Part shown: piece after piece, positions 1-16,230 of the stretch
How positions within the stretch are numbered: position 1 is the first letter of the stretch
Layout of the letters: every line of letters begins with the position of its first letter
NCBI RefSeq assembly: GCF_009914755.1
Contig: NC_060933.1
Length of the DNA: 64,000 bases
DNA from: the human T2T-CHM13v2.0 reference genome, Homo sapiens
Reading direction: 5' to 3' (one strand)
Notes under the pieces: generated by a model
Databases searched by the model: none
The model's input: only the letters and a program-made list of their open reading frames with translations
What the model was told of the DNA's origin: nothing
Program-made: the position numbers and the translations under genes

Positions 1-391
1 TTATATAAAAATGAGGAATTGGCTCATGCATGCTGGAGACTCAGGAAAGCCGATGTTGTTATTCAGTCCCAGTGAAAAAGTCTGGGAACCGGGAGAGCTG
101 ATGATGTAAACACAAGTTCAAGGGCAGCAGAAGATGAGATGAAATGTCCCAGCTCAAGCAGTGAGGCAGGAAAATGGGGAGAATTTCTCTTCTTCCACCT
201 TTTGTTTTAATCAGGCCTTCAGCAGATTAACCAATACCCAACCACATTGGAGAGGGCAATCTGCTTTACTGAGTCCACCAATTCAAATGCTAATCTTATC
301 TGGAAGTACACTCAGAGACACACCCCAAAACAATGTTTAGTCTGGGCATCCCATATCCCACTGAAGTTGACACATACAATTAACCATCATA
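1..391 (-). mobile_element. ERVL LTR, MLT2-like
   Basis: Ends aagttgacacatacaattaaccatcata, the reverse complement of the recalled MLT2 5' end TGTGATGGTTAATTTTATGTGTCAACTT. Confidence 0.7.
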
Positions 392-618
392 GCCATATTC
401 TTCCAGTATCTTCACATGGTCTTCTTTCTGTATCTGTATTCTCTTCTGTTTCCTCTTCTTGTAATGATGTCAGTCATACTGGATTAGGGCCCACGCATAT
501 GACTTCGTTTCACCTTACTTAGGTAAGGACATATCTCCAAACACAGTTGCATTCTGAGCTATTGGGGGCTAAGACATCAACATATGAATTTTGGGAGGAA
601 ACAATTCAGCCCGTAACA
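392..618 (-). mobile_element. MaLR LTR fragment, MLT1B/C-like
   Basis: caacatatgaattttgggaggaaacaattcagcccgtaaca matches the reverse complement of the MLT1 5' end. Confidence 0.75.
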
Positions 619-1546
619 CCAAATAACAATGAAAAGGCATATTTGAAATGATAAATGAAAACAAAAACTTTTTAATCTCTATTTGTAAAACCAGTAAAAA
701 CATCATTAAAAATAAAGGGGAAAAAGTGTTTTTATACAAACACAACCTAAGAGAATTCATTACCAGCAGGCCTGTACTACAGGAAGTTCTTCAAGTGTAA
801 AGAAAATAAAACCAGATGGAAATTCAGATCCACAAAATTAAGGACATTTGCTTCTGGCAAAGATGGAGTGACAGACTAGATTTCTTCTCCCACATGAAAT
901 AACAAAAAATGGACAAAATATACAAAACACAGATTTGCAGGACACTGTACATAAAGTAACAAACGATAATAACCTTGAGATGGGAAACAAAGGAGATGTG
1001 CCACACAATTCCTTCAGCTTACTGCTTTCAGAGAGTCTCCAGGCTGCAAGGCAGGGAGGGCAAACTCACATAGAGCACAGCGGACTCGCTGAGTTGAGCG
1101 GATGGAGGTGAGAGTCTAGCGAGACCAAGGTGGCTAGAATTTGCAGAACAGAGAACCTGAGAAGAGAAAATTACACAGGGAGCGAACTCTGGCGTCTACT
1201 GAGAGTTTCCCTCACGTATTTAGTTCAGTACTAATGAGTGTACATGTGTGAGAAAACTACTTGAGATTGTGAAAAAAAAAATTACACAAAAGAATGAAGG
1301 TATTAATGTCTGGTAATCATGGGAAGAGTTTCTATTCCCACAAGCCATATGAAAGCCCTCATGATTCCTGGGGAATTGGGTAAAGTGCACAAAAAGAATA
1401 ATTAGCTTTACACGGAGCACTGTTCCTATACCACCTAGCAAATCTTCAAAAGCAAGACCTGAAGGGATTTTACTTGGAAGTAACTTATTGTGTCCCAGAC
1501 AGAACTCAAAAGTAATTATAAAAATGTTTCTAAAAATCATCAAGCA

Positions 1547-1716
1547 GCCGGGCGTGGTGGTGGGCGCCTGTAATCCCAGTTTCCTGGGAGGCTGAGGCAG
1601 AGAACTGCTTGAACCTGGGTGGCAGAGGTTGCAGTGAGCCAAGATCACACCACTGCACTCCAGCCTGGGTGACAGAGTGAGACTCCTTCCCTCCCCTCCA
1701 AAAAAAAAAAAAAAAA
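1547..1716 (+). mobile_element. 5'-truncated Alu (right arm only)
   Basis: Right-monomer sequence, A-tail, TSD aaaaatcatc(a/c)agca. Confidence 0.9.
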
Positions 1717-1795
1717 TCATCCAGCACCTCACAAGGTAAAATTCAGTGTTTGATATCCAGCTAAAATTAGTAGGCACACAAAAAGGAAGGAAAAT

Positions 1796-2091
1796 GGCCA
1801 GGCATGGTGGGTGACACCTATAATCCCAGCATTTGCCCTTTAGGAGGCCACAGAGGGATCACTTGAGGTCAAGAGTCCAAGACCAGCCCAAGCAACATAG
1901 CAAGACCCCATCTCTACAAAAAATAAAATAAAACTTAGCCAGGTGTGGTGATGCACGCCTGTAATTCTAGCTATTCAGGGAGCTGAGAGAGGAGGATCAC
2001 TTGAGAGCCCAGGAGTTCAACGTTATAGTGAGCTATAATCATGCCACTGCACTCTAGTCTAGGCTACAGAGTGAGACCCCTGTCTAAAAAA
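1796..2091 (+). mobile_element. Alu (AluJ-like)
   Basis: Diverged dimeric Alu. Confidence 0.9.
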
Positions 2092-3056
2092 TAGGTGGGG
2101 GGTGGGGCAGAAGAACATAAGCCATAATGAGGAGATTAATAATCAGTAGAAACAACTCAGAACTGACACAGAAAAGAGAGAATTTTAAAATATTAAAATA
2201 ACATTAGTAAGGTGAGGGGTATACACCTGTTATCAATAACCTAGGTGAAGCCCAAAGGAGAGGAAAGGGAGGGCAGGGGAGAACAAATACTTGAACAAGA
2301 AAGAACCAAAGCATTATTAAACTTTGATTAAAACTATAAATGTACAGATCTAGGAACCCCTAGGTAAAGAAACATAAAAAGAAATTTGCTCAATACCAGT
2401 GGTAAAGAAAAAATTTTAGAAGCAGGAGGATAAAAAAAGACACATTATATATACAGGAACAAAAATAAAGATGCTAGCAGATATCTCATCAGAAACCAGG
2501 CAAGTGAGAAAATAGTGGAATAACATCTTCAGAGTATTGGAAGAAAAAAAATCTGCCAACTTAGAATTCTATACCCAATACACATACCTTTCAAGAATGA
2601 AGGCAAAATAAGCGTTTTTTAAGATTTACAAAAGTTGAAAGAATTAATTATAAGCAAACCCACATTACAAGAAATGTGAAAGGAAGTTCTTTAAACAGGA
2701 GGTAAATGACAAGAGAAAGAAATATAGATCTACAGAAATAATAAATAGTAATGGAAATTATAACTATATGGGTAAATATGTGAGATTTATTTCTCATTAT
2801 TTAAGTCCAAATTGACAGCTTAACAAAAATAGTTACAATATACTATTGTGGAGCTTATAGCATATGTGAAAGTGTTTGACAATGTTAGCAGAAAGATCAG
2901 GAGGAGAGAATTGGAAGTATACTATTGTACAATTTTTATACTGAAAATAGAGAGGTATAATATCATTTCAAAATAGAGTATGATAAGTTAAAGATGAATA
3001 CTATACATTGCTGAAATGAAAAATAAAGAATTATAATGAATACATAATAAAGTAGC

Positions 3057-3280
3057 TGCTATGGTCTGAATATTTATACGCCATACCCTCAAATTCCTAT
3101 GTGGGCACCTAATCTCCAGTGCAATAGTATTAAGAAGTGAGGCCTTTAGAAGGTGATTAGATCATGTTGACTCTTTGATCCTAGACTTCCGAGCCCCAGA
3201 CCTCTGAAATATAAATTTCCATTGTTTATAAATTACTCAGTCTAAGATATTTTGTTATAGCAGCCTGAATGGACTAAGAA
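3057..3280 (+). mobile_element. MaLR LTR, MLT1A-like, internally deleted
   Basis: tgctatggtctgaat start; ttttgttatagcagcctgaatggactaaga end. Confidence 0.75.
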
Positions 3281-4049
3281 ATAAAATATAATAATAAGAA
3301 ATATTTAACCAATGCAAAGAAGGCATAAGCAAAATAAAAGTGAACAAAGACCAGATGGGACAAATAGAAAAACAAAAATTAAGGCAATAGAAAGCAAGAT
3401 CATATATTTGAAACAAACCATATAATAACTATATTAAATATAAATGTTCCAAATACCCCAATTAAAAAGAAGGAATTGTCAGATTTGATATAAAACTAAG
3501 ATCGAATTATATGCTGCCTACAGGAAATTTACCTTAAATAAAAAGGCACAATTGGATTAAACTTATGAAAAAAGGTGCAATGCTAGTACTAATCAAAACG
3601 ATATGGAGTGGCTGTATTAATATAGACATAGTAGATTTCAGAGCACAGATTATTACCAGGGATTAAGCGTTTCATTTAATAATTTTAAAGGGGTTAAATC
3701 TTTAGGAGGACCTAGCAATCTTAAATGTTCATGTACTAATAATACAACTTCAAAATACATGAAGTAAAAACTGATCGAAATATGGAGAAAAAATAGACAA
3801 ATCCAAAGGTTCAGAAAGAGATTACATGTTCCTCCTAAAAATTAACAGAATATGTAAACAAAACATCGGTAAAGACACACACTATTTGAACACCAACCAA
3901 CTTGACCTGACATTTTTAAACCATTTCACCCAACAAGAATGTAATGTACATTAATTTCAACTACACTCAGAACATTTACCAAGATAGATTATACTCTGGG
4001 CCATAAAGCAAGCTTACAAAATTTAAAAGGATTTGAATTATACAAAGTA

Positions 4050-5770
4050 CAGTCATATAACATTTGGCAACAGGGATACATTCTGAGAAATGCATCATTA
4101 GGTGATTTCATTATGTAAATATCATAAAGTATACTTAACACAAACCCAGGTAGTATAGCCTACCACATACCTTAGCTATATGGTGGTGTAATCTATTGCT
4201 CCTACACTAAAAACCTGTACAACATGATACTGTGCTGATTACTGTAAGCAATGGTAATTCAATGGTAAGTATTTGTGTATGTAAATATATCTAAACACAG
4301 AAAAGGTACAATAAAAATGTGGTATAAGACAGTGGTCCCCAACATTTTTGGCACCAGGGATCAGTTTCACAAAAAACAATTTTGCCATGGACCAGGCTAG
4401 AGGGGATGGTTTGGGGATGATTCAAGCACATGACATTTATTGTGCACTTTATTTCTATTATTATTACGCTATAATATATACTGAAATGATTATTCAACTC
4501 ACCATAATGTAGAATCAGTGGGAACCCTGCAATTGTTTTCCTGCAACTAGAAACTAGATGATCCCATTTGGGGGTGATAGGAGACAGTGATAGATCATCA
4601 GGCATTGGATTCTCATAAGGAGTGTGCAACCTAGATTTCTTGCATGCACTGTTTATAATAGGGTTTGCACTGCTATGAGAATCTCATGCCACCACTGATC
4701 TGACAGGAGGTGGAGCTCAGGCGGTAATTCTCATTCACCTGCCGCTCACCTGCCACTTACCTACTGCTGTGTGGCCCACTTCCTAACAGACCACGGACTG
4801 GTACCATGGGGGTTGGGGACCCCTGCTATAAAAGATAAAAAATGGTAAACACGTATCAGGCATTCACCACGAACAGAGCTTGCAGGACTGGAAGTTGCTT
4901 TGGGTGAGTCAGTGGGTGAGTGACGAGTGAATGTGAAGGCCTAGAACATCACTGTACACTACTGTAGACTTTATAAACACCGTAAAATTAGGGTATCCTA
5001 AATTGATAAAAAATATTTCTTTCTTCAATAATAAATGAACCTTAGCTTACCAAAACTTTTTTACTTCATAAACTTCTGAATGTTTAGCTTTTTGACTCTT
5101 TTGTAACAGCATACAGCTTAAAACACAAACACATTGTATAGCTTTACAAAAGTATTTTTTCTTTCTTTTTGCCTTTATTCTATAAGTGTTGGTCTATTTT
5201 TAATTTTTTTTGTTTTTTACTTTTTAGGTTTTTTGTTAAAAATGAAGACACAAACATACACATTTGCCTAGGCCTACACAGGGTCAAGATCATAAATATC
5301 ACTGCCTTCCATCTCCACATCTTGTCCTACAGAAGGTCTTCATGGTCAATAACACACATGGAGTTGTCATTTCTTATGATAATGCCTTCTTCTGGAATCC
5401 TCCTGAAGAATCTGCCTGAGGCCATTTTATAAACAGTTTTTTTTAAATAAGTGGAATGAGTATACTCCAAAATAATGATAAAATACAGTATAATAAATAC
5501 ATAAACCACTAAAAATTAGTTAGTATCACTATCAAGTATTATGTACTCTACATAATTGTATTGCTATACTGTTATGCAACTGGTAGTGCAGTAGCTATGT
5601 TTACATCAGTATCACTACAAACAAATGAGTAATGCATTGCACTATGATGTAATGACAATAGCTATGATGTCACTGGGTGGCAGGAATTTTTCAGCTCCAT
5701 TTTCTTATGGGATCACTATCATACATGTGGCCCATCTTTGAATGAAACATTGTCGTGCAGTGCATGACTC
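4050..5770 (+). mobile_element. Tigger3b/MER7-type TcMar DNA transposon, interrupted by MER1A
   Basis: TA-flanked cagtcat...atgact ends; ggggatacgttctgagaaatgc-like subterminal motif; ~1.2 kb net length. Confidence 0.8.
4330..4825 (+). mobile_element. MER1A-like hAT-Charlie element
   Basis: TIRs cagtggtccccaac / gttggggacccctg; degenerate 8-bp TSD gtataaga / ctataaaa. Confidence 0.85.
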
Positions 5771-6172
5771 TATGTACCCTCACCACATCAGAATTCAATT
5801 GGAAATTAATAATAGAATGATCTATGAAAATTTTTCAAATATTTTGAAACTATACACCCCTAAATAACACATTGGCAAATAAGAAAGCAAATGTAAACTG
5901 GAAATTATTTTGAACTAAAAAAAAGAAGAAAGTACAACATATCGAAATGTATGGAATAATGCTAAAGAAGTACTTAGGGAACAATGTACAGCAAAATAAA
6001 ATGCCTACATTAGAAAAGAACAAAATTTCAAATCAATGACCTCAGTTTCTACCTTTAAAAAGTAGGACAATAAGGGGGCTTTAAAACCAGGTTGAATAGA
6101 AGAAAAATACAATAAGGATTATGACATAAATTAATTTCAAAAAATAAAAATGTTATAAAATCAATAAAACTT

Positions 6173-6471
<299 letters not shown>

Positions 6472-6913
6472 ACTCAAAGCTGTTTTTTTCAAAAATATCA
6501 ATAAAATTGATAAACCTTTAGGCAGACATACTAAGAAAAAAAGAGAGAAGATGTTATCAATTTTAGGAATAAGGAGAAGGATATTCCTACAGATTCTATA
6601 GATACTAAAAGGATAAGTTTAATTATGAACTTCATGTCAATAAATTTGACAACTTAAATGAAATACAGAATTTCTTTGAAAGATTTAAGTGACCAAAGCT
6701 AACATAAGAAGACATGAACAACCTGAATAACACCATGTCTATTATATAAAGTGGATTCATAGTTCAAAACCTTTCTACAAAGAAAACCCCAGGCCCAGAT
6801 GGCTTCACTGATAAATTCTACCAAACATATAAAGAAAAAATAACACCAATTCTGTATAAACTCTTTCAGATTTAAAAGAATAATCCTCACTCTATTTTAT
6901 GAGGACCATATTA

Positions 6914-7262
<349 letters not shown>

Positions 7263-7264
7263 AT

Positions 7265-7306
7265 GAAAGAAAAAGAAGAAAGGAGGAAAGAAAGAAAGAT
7301 AGATGA

Positions 7307-7366
<60 letters not shown>

Positions 7367-7396
7367 AGGAAGGAAGGAAGGAAGGAAGGAAGGAAA
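7265..7396 (+). repeat. Compound (GAAA)n(GGAA)n microsatellite derived from the Alu tail
   Basis: Directly visible tandem tetramers. Confidence 0.97.
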
Positions 7397-9186
7397 ACTA
7401 TAGACAGATATTGCTCATGAACATAGATGGAAATGTCATAAACAAAATGTTAGTAAGTTGAACAATATATAAAAAGCACAATACTTTATAACTGAGTCAG
7501 TTTTACTCCAGGATATGTTTGGTTAAACATTTGAAATCAATTAAGGTGCTTCACCATATTAATAAACTTAAAAAATAATAAGCTCAATAGGTACAGAAAA
7601 GGCACTGCACAAAATCCAAGGCACCTGATAAATACTATCAGCCCACTAGGAAAAGAAGGGAACTTCCTCACTTGATAAGGAATAGAAACAAAAAGCCTAC
7701 AGCTGATTTCATACTAGACAGTGAAAAACTAAACACTTTGGAACAAGACAAAGATATAAGCTCTCATAAATTGAATATTATATCGGAGGTTCCAGCTAGT
7801 GAAATACACTGTGGGAAAAAAAGATTAAAATTATCCAAATTAGAAAGAAAAAATAAAACTACCTTTATTATTGTCTATATAGAAAATCTAATGAATCTAT
7901 AAAAATGCTACTAGAATTAATACGTATTTAATAAGTTTGCAGGATACAAGACCAATATACAAAATCAATTGTATTTTTACATTCCAGCAACAACCAGAAA
8001 TTGAAATTAGAAAATAATACCAATTACAGTAGTATAACAATATATTAAAAACCTAGGAGAAATAAATCTCACAAAAGATGCAAAGGACTATACTCTGAAA
8101 GCTACAAAAGATTACTTGGAGAAATTAAAGTCACCTAAATAAAAAAGACTTTACTCATGGGTCAAAAGACTTAATATTGTTAAGATGTCACTTTATCCCA
8201 AATTGATTTATACATTCAACATAATTACATTCAAAATTCTCAAAGGCTTATTTTGAAAAAAATTTGAAAATGGATTATAAAACTTAAATATAAATGAAAT
8301 GGGCCTAGAGTAGCCAAAAGTACTTCGAAAATTCAGACCAAATTTGGAAGACTAATGTTACTGTATTTCAAGGTTTATTTAAATCTAGAATAATCAAAAC
8401 AGGGTGATATTAGCATCGAAAAAAGTCAATAGAATAGAAATACCTGTACACATATACGGACAATTGATTTTCCACAAAGGCAAAGGCAATGCAGTAAGGA
8501 TAGTCTTTTCAACAAGCAATGCTAGCATGATTGAATATCCAAATGCCAAAAATGAACTTAGATATAGACCTCAACCTTATATAAAAAGTAACTCAAAATG
8601 AATCATAGACCAAAATGTAAGACTTAAAACTATTAAATATTTAGAAGAAAAGATAGAAGAACATATTTGTAACTTTGAAGTAGGTGAAGATTTTTTAGAT
8701 ACACAGCAAATGCATGATCCATAAAATAACAAATTAATATTGTCTTTATCAAAATTAAAACCTCTGCTCTTTGAAAGACACTGATAGTAGAATGGAGAGA
8801 AAACCACAGATTAGCAGGAAAAATAAAGGACCTGTATCCAGAATGTATATAAATACACACACAAAAACAACAACAACAGAAAAACAACCAAGCCAATTTT
8901 TTAAAAAATGGGCAAAAGAGATTTGGACAGATGCTTCATCCAAGAAGATATACAAATTGTAAATAAAAACATGAAAGTTGCCCAACATCATTATTCATTC
9001 AGGAAATGCTAATTAAAATTGTAATGTAAAAACCACTGTACACCTATTAGAATGACTAAAATTAAAAAGACTGGCCATACCAAGTGTTGGTGAGGATATC
9101 CACAAACTGAAATTCTCATACTTTGATACACTTTTTTGTAAAATCAAATATATGCTTTCCTTATGACCCAGTAATTCTATGCCTAG

Positions 9187-9522
<336 letters not shown>

Positions 9523-10509
9523 CTACACGAAAACTTTTTTATGAGTCTGTTTAGCATCTTTATTTATAATAGCTGAAAATTTGAAATATATGTTCATCTT
9601 ACAGGTATGAATAAACAAATCGTGGATACAACAACAACGGAATACTACTCGGGAATGAACCATTAATACATAGAACAACACAGATGACCTCAAAAACACG
9701 CTGAGCAGAAGAAGCCATACAAAAAGAATACTTACTGTGATTTTATTAATATGCAATTCTAATAAAGAAAAACTAATCTGTAGTGACAGAAAACAGGTCA
9801 GTGGCTGTCTGTGAACAGGAGTGGCGACTGGGAGAGGGGAACTTGACTGAGAAGGACACAATATCCCCAACTTTTGGGGATATTGGAAATGATTGATGTA
9901 TAGATTTGTCGAAGTATTTTAAAATCTACACTTAAATCTGGTACATTTTATTGAATATAAATTGTGCCTTATTCAAGGTGATATTTAAAAAAATCGTAGC
10001 TATAGATGGCTAACTTCACAATACATCCTAGCCATAATACCTATTCAGAGAGATCTACATCATTTTCTATACTTAATGTAGCTCAGATTTGTCTTTTACT
10101 TCAAAAACAAGAGATTTAATGCGTATCAAAGGAAGAAAAAAAACTTTCTAAAGATGTGCCAGCTTCCTTTCAAAACAATCATTTATATAACTGAGATGAA
10201 AATGTAACCATCCTATTTCAGCATTCAGTCTTTTCAGCTGAAGCAGATAAAGATCTGGGTTGCTGAAACTTGTTTTGCTGCTCTATAAAATAGCTGCAGT
10301 ATCATTGACACTTAATAGGCATGAATCATGGCACAACCTTTCTGTTTAAAGGCTGCATGCGGCACAACAGTTGCATTCTAAACTCTAACTATGGGGTTGA
10401 GGAAACCTTTAATTTGACCTGTCTTTAAAATTCTGATTTAGTCCAGTTTATACCACCTCCCCCTACTCCCTTGGGATGCAACTACAACTACAATTCTGGT
10501 AAAAACAAG

Positions 10510-10720
10510 AGTGACTATCAAGTCAAAAGGCATGGCTTGGATTATCACTCTGTCCCTTTATATATTGTGTGAATTTGGACCAACTATTTAAATATATTAT
10601 CTTTATTTTCCTTATCTGTAAAATGGAGATTGTTGTTCCCATCACATGAGCGTTTTGAGTACCCTGTTCCATAATGTGTATGGGAGAATCAAGTCATTCT
10701 ATGCCCTTAGTAAATAATGA
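10510..10720 (+). mobile_element. MIR/L2-type ancient remnant
   Basis: MIR core ttccttatctgtaaaatggaga. Confidence 0.55.
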
Positions 10721-12276
10721 TTGAATAGAAAATCAGAGCTTGTGCAAAAAAACTAACATGTTGGAGGCCACCCAGAAATAATGCTACAAGTAAGAGAGGA
10801 TGACTGGTATGACACTATGCAAACTAGAAGAGAGTTAATTGGCTGTTATTCTCCAGGGCAGGCTGGCCTTCAAATATGACAGAGGAAATCTTGGCAGAGT
10901 AGTGCAAGATGGAACGATAGTTGAACTGGATTAAACATTGGGTTAACCAAGGCTGTCTTCTTTCTGGTTTAACATATTCAAGTATCTCCTTTAAGCATAA
11001 TCTTATCCACAGAGAAGAAGAAAAGAATCCCCCTCACAGACTTCTCCCCTGCCGTCTCAAAAATAACCTTCCTTGGTAAAAGTTGCCAAATGAAAATATA
11101 TTTTCCAAATCGGGCAATATTCGTGAGATAAGAAGGAGTTCTGACAGGTTTCCACTTTGGGAAAAGACACTTTACAACTGCAGGTCTTCATACCTGAAAT
11201 GCCAATGACTACTTTGAGGTCTAAAGATTTCTCTTCTGCTCTAAAAAGAAAATGCAACATATTTGAGGTTAACTTTGAACATCAAAGTATTTTTTAAGAA
11301 AGAAGTGTCAGAATCCACTATGGCTGTCTCCCAAGAAGTCCTTTTTTTAAAACATTATTACTGGATTGCTTTGGATTGTGGCACACTGTCTCCTTAAGAA
11401 CATATCCTTGTAGTTCCCTAAGAAAAGTCAATGTATATCGAACCACTGCATGAGTAATAGTAGACTTACTCACCAAGGAGAAAGTCGAACAGAGCCAGAA
11501 CCAATTTTGTCTGAAAAGTTCCTATTACAAAGCCTTTCAGGAAGCTGCTTGTCAAGCCTCAGGCCACATCTAGAATTAAATCCCTTGCAAATCTAAAAAG
11601 TGAGTTTGTGCAAACAGGACAGAGTATCAAAATTACTTGTGGGAGTTACAAAAGGATATGTTGGTGACAGCATTAGAGCTTTTGTAGAAAAGCCAGCACC
11701 TAAGCCACTAATTGTCAGCATTGTCTCTGAGACACTGCAGTTTGCTTTCACTAATCTCAGTTTGTTTAAAGATTCCCCAGGGCAATAATTTAGTTCAGTG
11801 TACAGGCATATTTTGTTTTATTCTTCTTCACTTTATTGAACATTACAGATACTGAATTTTTTACAAATTAAAGTTTTGTGACAACCCTGTATTAGTGCCA
11901 TTTTCAAACAGCATGTGCTTACTGCATGTCTCTGTGTTACATTTTGACAATTCTTGCATTATTTCACACTTTAAAAAATTATTATAATATTTGTTTTGGT
12001 GTTCTGTAATCAGTGATCTTTGATGTCACAATTGTAATTGTTTTATGGCACCACAAACTGTGCCCATATGAGACAGCAAACTTAATCCATAAATGTTGTA
12101 TGTGTTCTGACTGCTCCACTGATCAGCTGTTTCTCCATCTCGCTCCCTCTTCTCAGGCTGTTCCATCCCTTGAGACAACACTATTGAAATTAGGCCAAAT
12201 AGGAACCCTACAATGGCCTCTAAGTGTTCAAGTGAAAAGAAGAGTTGTGTGTCTCTCACTTTAAATAAAAAGCTAG

Positions 12277-12473
12277 ACAGGAGAGGTGGCACATCCTGTA
12301 GTCCCAGCTACTCAGAAGGCTGAGGCAGGAGGATCACTGGAGACCATGAGTCCAAGGCTGCAGTGTGCTATGATTGCGCCCGTGAACAGCCACTGCATGC
12401 CAGCTTGGGAAACATAGTGAGACCTTGTCTTTAAAAAGAAATTAAAATAAAAACAAATATAAATTAAAAAATC
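12277..12473 (+). mobile_element. Alu monomer (FRAM/FLAM-like) inside Tigger1
   Basis: Single Alu arm, A-rich tail, TSD aaaagctaga. Confidence 0.8.
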
Positions 12474-13427
12474 AAAAGCTAGAAATGATTAGGCTGAGTG
12501 AGGAAGGCATGTTGATAACTAAGACAGGCCAAAAGCTTAGTCTCTTGCACCAGTTAGCCAAGTTGTGAATGCAAAGAAAAAGTTCTTGAAGGAAATTAAA
12601 ATTGTTACTCCAGTGAACATGAATGGTAAGAGAGCTAACCAGCTTTATTGCTGATATGGAGAAAGTTGTAGTGTTTTGGATAGAAGATCAAACCATTCCA
12701 TTAAGCCAAAGCCTAATCCGGAGCAAGACCCTAACTCTTCAATTCTGTGAAGGCTGAGACAGATGAGGAAGCGTAAGAAGAAAAATTAGAAGCTAGCAGA
12801 AGTTAGTTCGTGAGGTTTAAGGAAAGAATCCATCTCCATAACATAAAAGGGCAAGGTGAAGCAGGAAGTGCTGATGTAGAAGCTGCAGCAAATTATCCAG
12901 AAGCTCTGAGATCATTGATGAAAGTGACTACACTAAACCACAGATTTTTAATGTAGATGGAACAGCTTTATCTTAGAAGAAGAGGCCTTCAAGGACTTTC
13001 ACTAGAGAAAAGTCAATGCCTGGCTTCAAAGCTTCAAAGGACAGGCTGATTTTGTTCATAGGGGCTAATGCAGCCAGTGACTTTTAAGTTGAACTCAATG
13101 CTCATTTACCATTCCAAGAATCCTACGGCTCTTATGAATTATACTAAATCTATTCTGCCTGTGCTCCATCAATGAAACAACAAAGTCTGAATGACAGCAC
13201 ATCTGTTTATAGCATGGTTTACTGAATATTTTAGGCCCACTGTTGAGACCTGCTCCGAAAAAAAGTTTCTTTTCAAAATATTATTGCTCAGTGACAAGGC
13301 ACTTGGTCACCCAAGAGCTCTGATGGAGATGTACAAGGAGATGCTGTTTGTTTTCATGCCTGCTGACACAATAATCATTCTGTAGCCCATGGATCAAAGG
13401 GTGATTTTGACTTTCAAGTCTTATTGA

Positions 13428-13649
<222 letters not shown>

Positions 13650-15101
13650 TGATTTCCCTAATGGATCTGGGAAAAGTAAATAGAAAACCTTCTGGAAAGG
13701 ATTCACCATTCTTGATGCCCTTAAGAACATCTGTGCTTCATGGAAGAAAGTCAAAATATGACCATTTGGAGTTTCTTCCAAACTCCAATTTCTTTTGGAA
13801 GACGTTGATTTCAAAAGTTCAAGACTTCAGTGGAGGAAGTCACTGCAGATGTGGTGGGAATAGTGAGAAAACTAGAATTAGAAGTGAAGCCTGAAGATGG
13901 GACTGAATTGTTGCAATCTCATGATAAAGCTTGAATGGATGAGGATTGCTTCTTATGGATGAGCAAAGAAAGCAGTTTCTTGAGATGGAATCCACTCCTG
14001 GTGAAGATACTGTGAACATTGTTAAAACGACAACAAGTTATTTAGAACATTATGTACACTTAGTTGATAAAGCAGTGGCAGAGTTAGAGAAGATTGACTC
14101 CAATCCTGAAAGAAGTTCTACTGTGGCTAAAATGCTATCCAACAGTATCACATGCTACAGAGAAGTCTTTCATGAAAGGAATAGTCAAATTAACAAGGCA
14201 AACTTCATTGTTGTCTTAAGAAATTGACACAGCCATCCCAGGCTTCAGAAACCACCACCCTGATCAGTCAGCAGCCATCAGTATTGAAGCAAGACCTTCC
14301 ACCAGAAAAAGATTAGAACTCACTCAATGCTCAAATGATTGTTAGCATTTTTTAGCAATTGCATATTTTAAAATTAAGGTATATACATGTTTTAGACACA
14401 ATGCTCTTGCACACTCAGTAGACTACAGCATAATGTAAAGGTAACTTATATGTACTGGGAAACCAAAAACATTCACGTGATTCACTTTATTGCAATATTC
14501 CCTTTATTGTTGTTGTCCAGAACCAAACCTGCAACATCTCTGAGGTATGCCTGTCATTGAAAAAAAAATAAGTATGTGTCAGGCAGGACTTTTGTCAGGA
14601 CAGTGGAGATCTTACAAAAAAATAGCCAAATACCATAAGAGTGTTAAACTTAATTTATCTTAGACTTAGCAACACTATTTATTAATTTAGAGATTTTTAG
14701 CCCCTATCAGGCAGGGATAAGTGTACCTAGCATAGTTTTTGGAATTTGGATATGCTCAATGGATGTTCATGTTGTTCAAAAATTGAGAATCTACTCTATG
14801 CACAGCACTGTTATTGCGAATAGATAGTCTTTCAAAAATATAGGTTAAGGCCTAACAATGTCTAATTGAGTTTTCTAAGGAAATCTCATTATGAGGCCTC
14901 ATAGTTCTTCAAGATGTCTCCAGAGCATTCCATTCTTCAGTAAGTAAAAGTAGCATTTCTATATTTATAGAAAAAATTAATTCTGAGTGTTTCAAGGCCA
15001 AAGATACCAGCTAAGGTTACTTTTTATTCTTCAGGGGAAAATTTATGCACAAAATGCTGAAGGCTGCAGTGACAGTCACTGAGTTGGAAACGGAAACTTG
15101 A

Positions 15102-15420
<319 letters not shown>

Positions 15421-16230
15421 TGATTTTACTTTTATCAGTGAAGTATTACAACATAACTTTATTGAATAAAACACAAAATAAGCACTCTCAAAATCCATTT
15501 AAACTTACATCAAAAAAGAAATTCAACCAAATATTTCATTTACCCAGAAATAAAAACTTTATGTTAGAGGACAGAAAGAAAAAGAAAATCGGGGGAAAAA
15601 TGTATTTAAAAAGGTCATTATTCTCTTCGAAATTCCAGCAATGATACTAAATAGTAATATCAATGAAAAGCCAGGCTTCTAAGAAGTGTTGAGTACTTCC
15701 TGTAGCTATTATTTTACGTTCTTCATATAGAATTCTTTTTTTTGTTGTTTTGTTCTGAATACAAAGAGCCTGGCTTTTTCACTTTTATATTTTCCCACCT
15801 TAAGTTGGATTTTTACAAATGGAGGCATTCCTTAAGAGTTGACTTAAGAATTCATTGATTTAGTGCTTGATGTTAATTTTTTCAATAACCACTAAAGCCT
15901 GTGCGATACCCTTCTTTTTGCCCAAAACATGTACTTTAAAAAACAGCTAATTTTCATGGAAGCAAAAAGAATATAACCACATCCTCAAATCTGGAAAAAG
16001 TTGTATCTTACTTTCTACTTTTGTACAAGTTTCTGAGAAAATGTAATGCTCCAGTACTTTGGAAGTAAAAGTACTGGAACTTTTACTTTTTCTGAAAAGT
16101 TCTTAGAGCCACTCAGAAGAAATGAGAAAGATGCGGTATCAGGGGGAGGACAGGGTGGGAGCTGGAGGGGCGGGTTGAGCGCGGGGAGGGTAACGGATAA
16201 AGGAGAACAAAGCAGAAGTAGCATGGACTC

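Noticed and set aside
1220-1777. 185-aa ORF, the longest in the track
   Set aside because: Reads through an antisense Alu (LSPRLECSG) and L1 sequence; no splice or domain support
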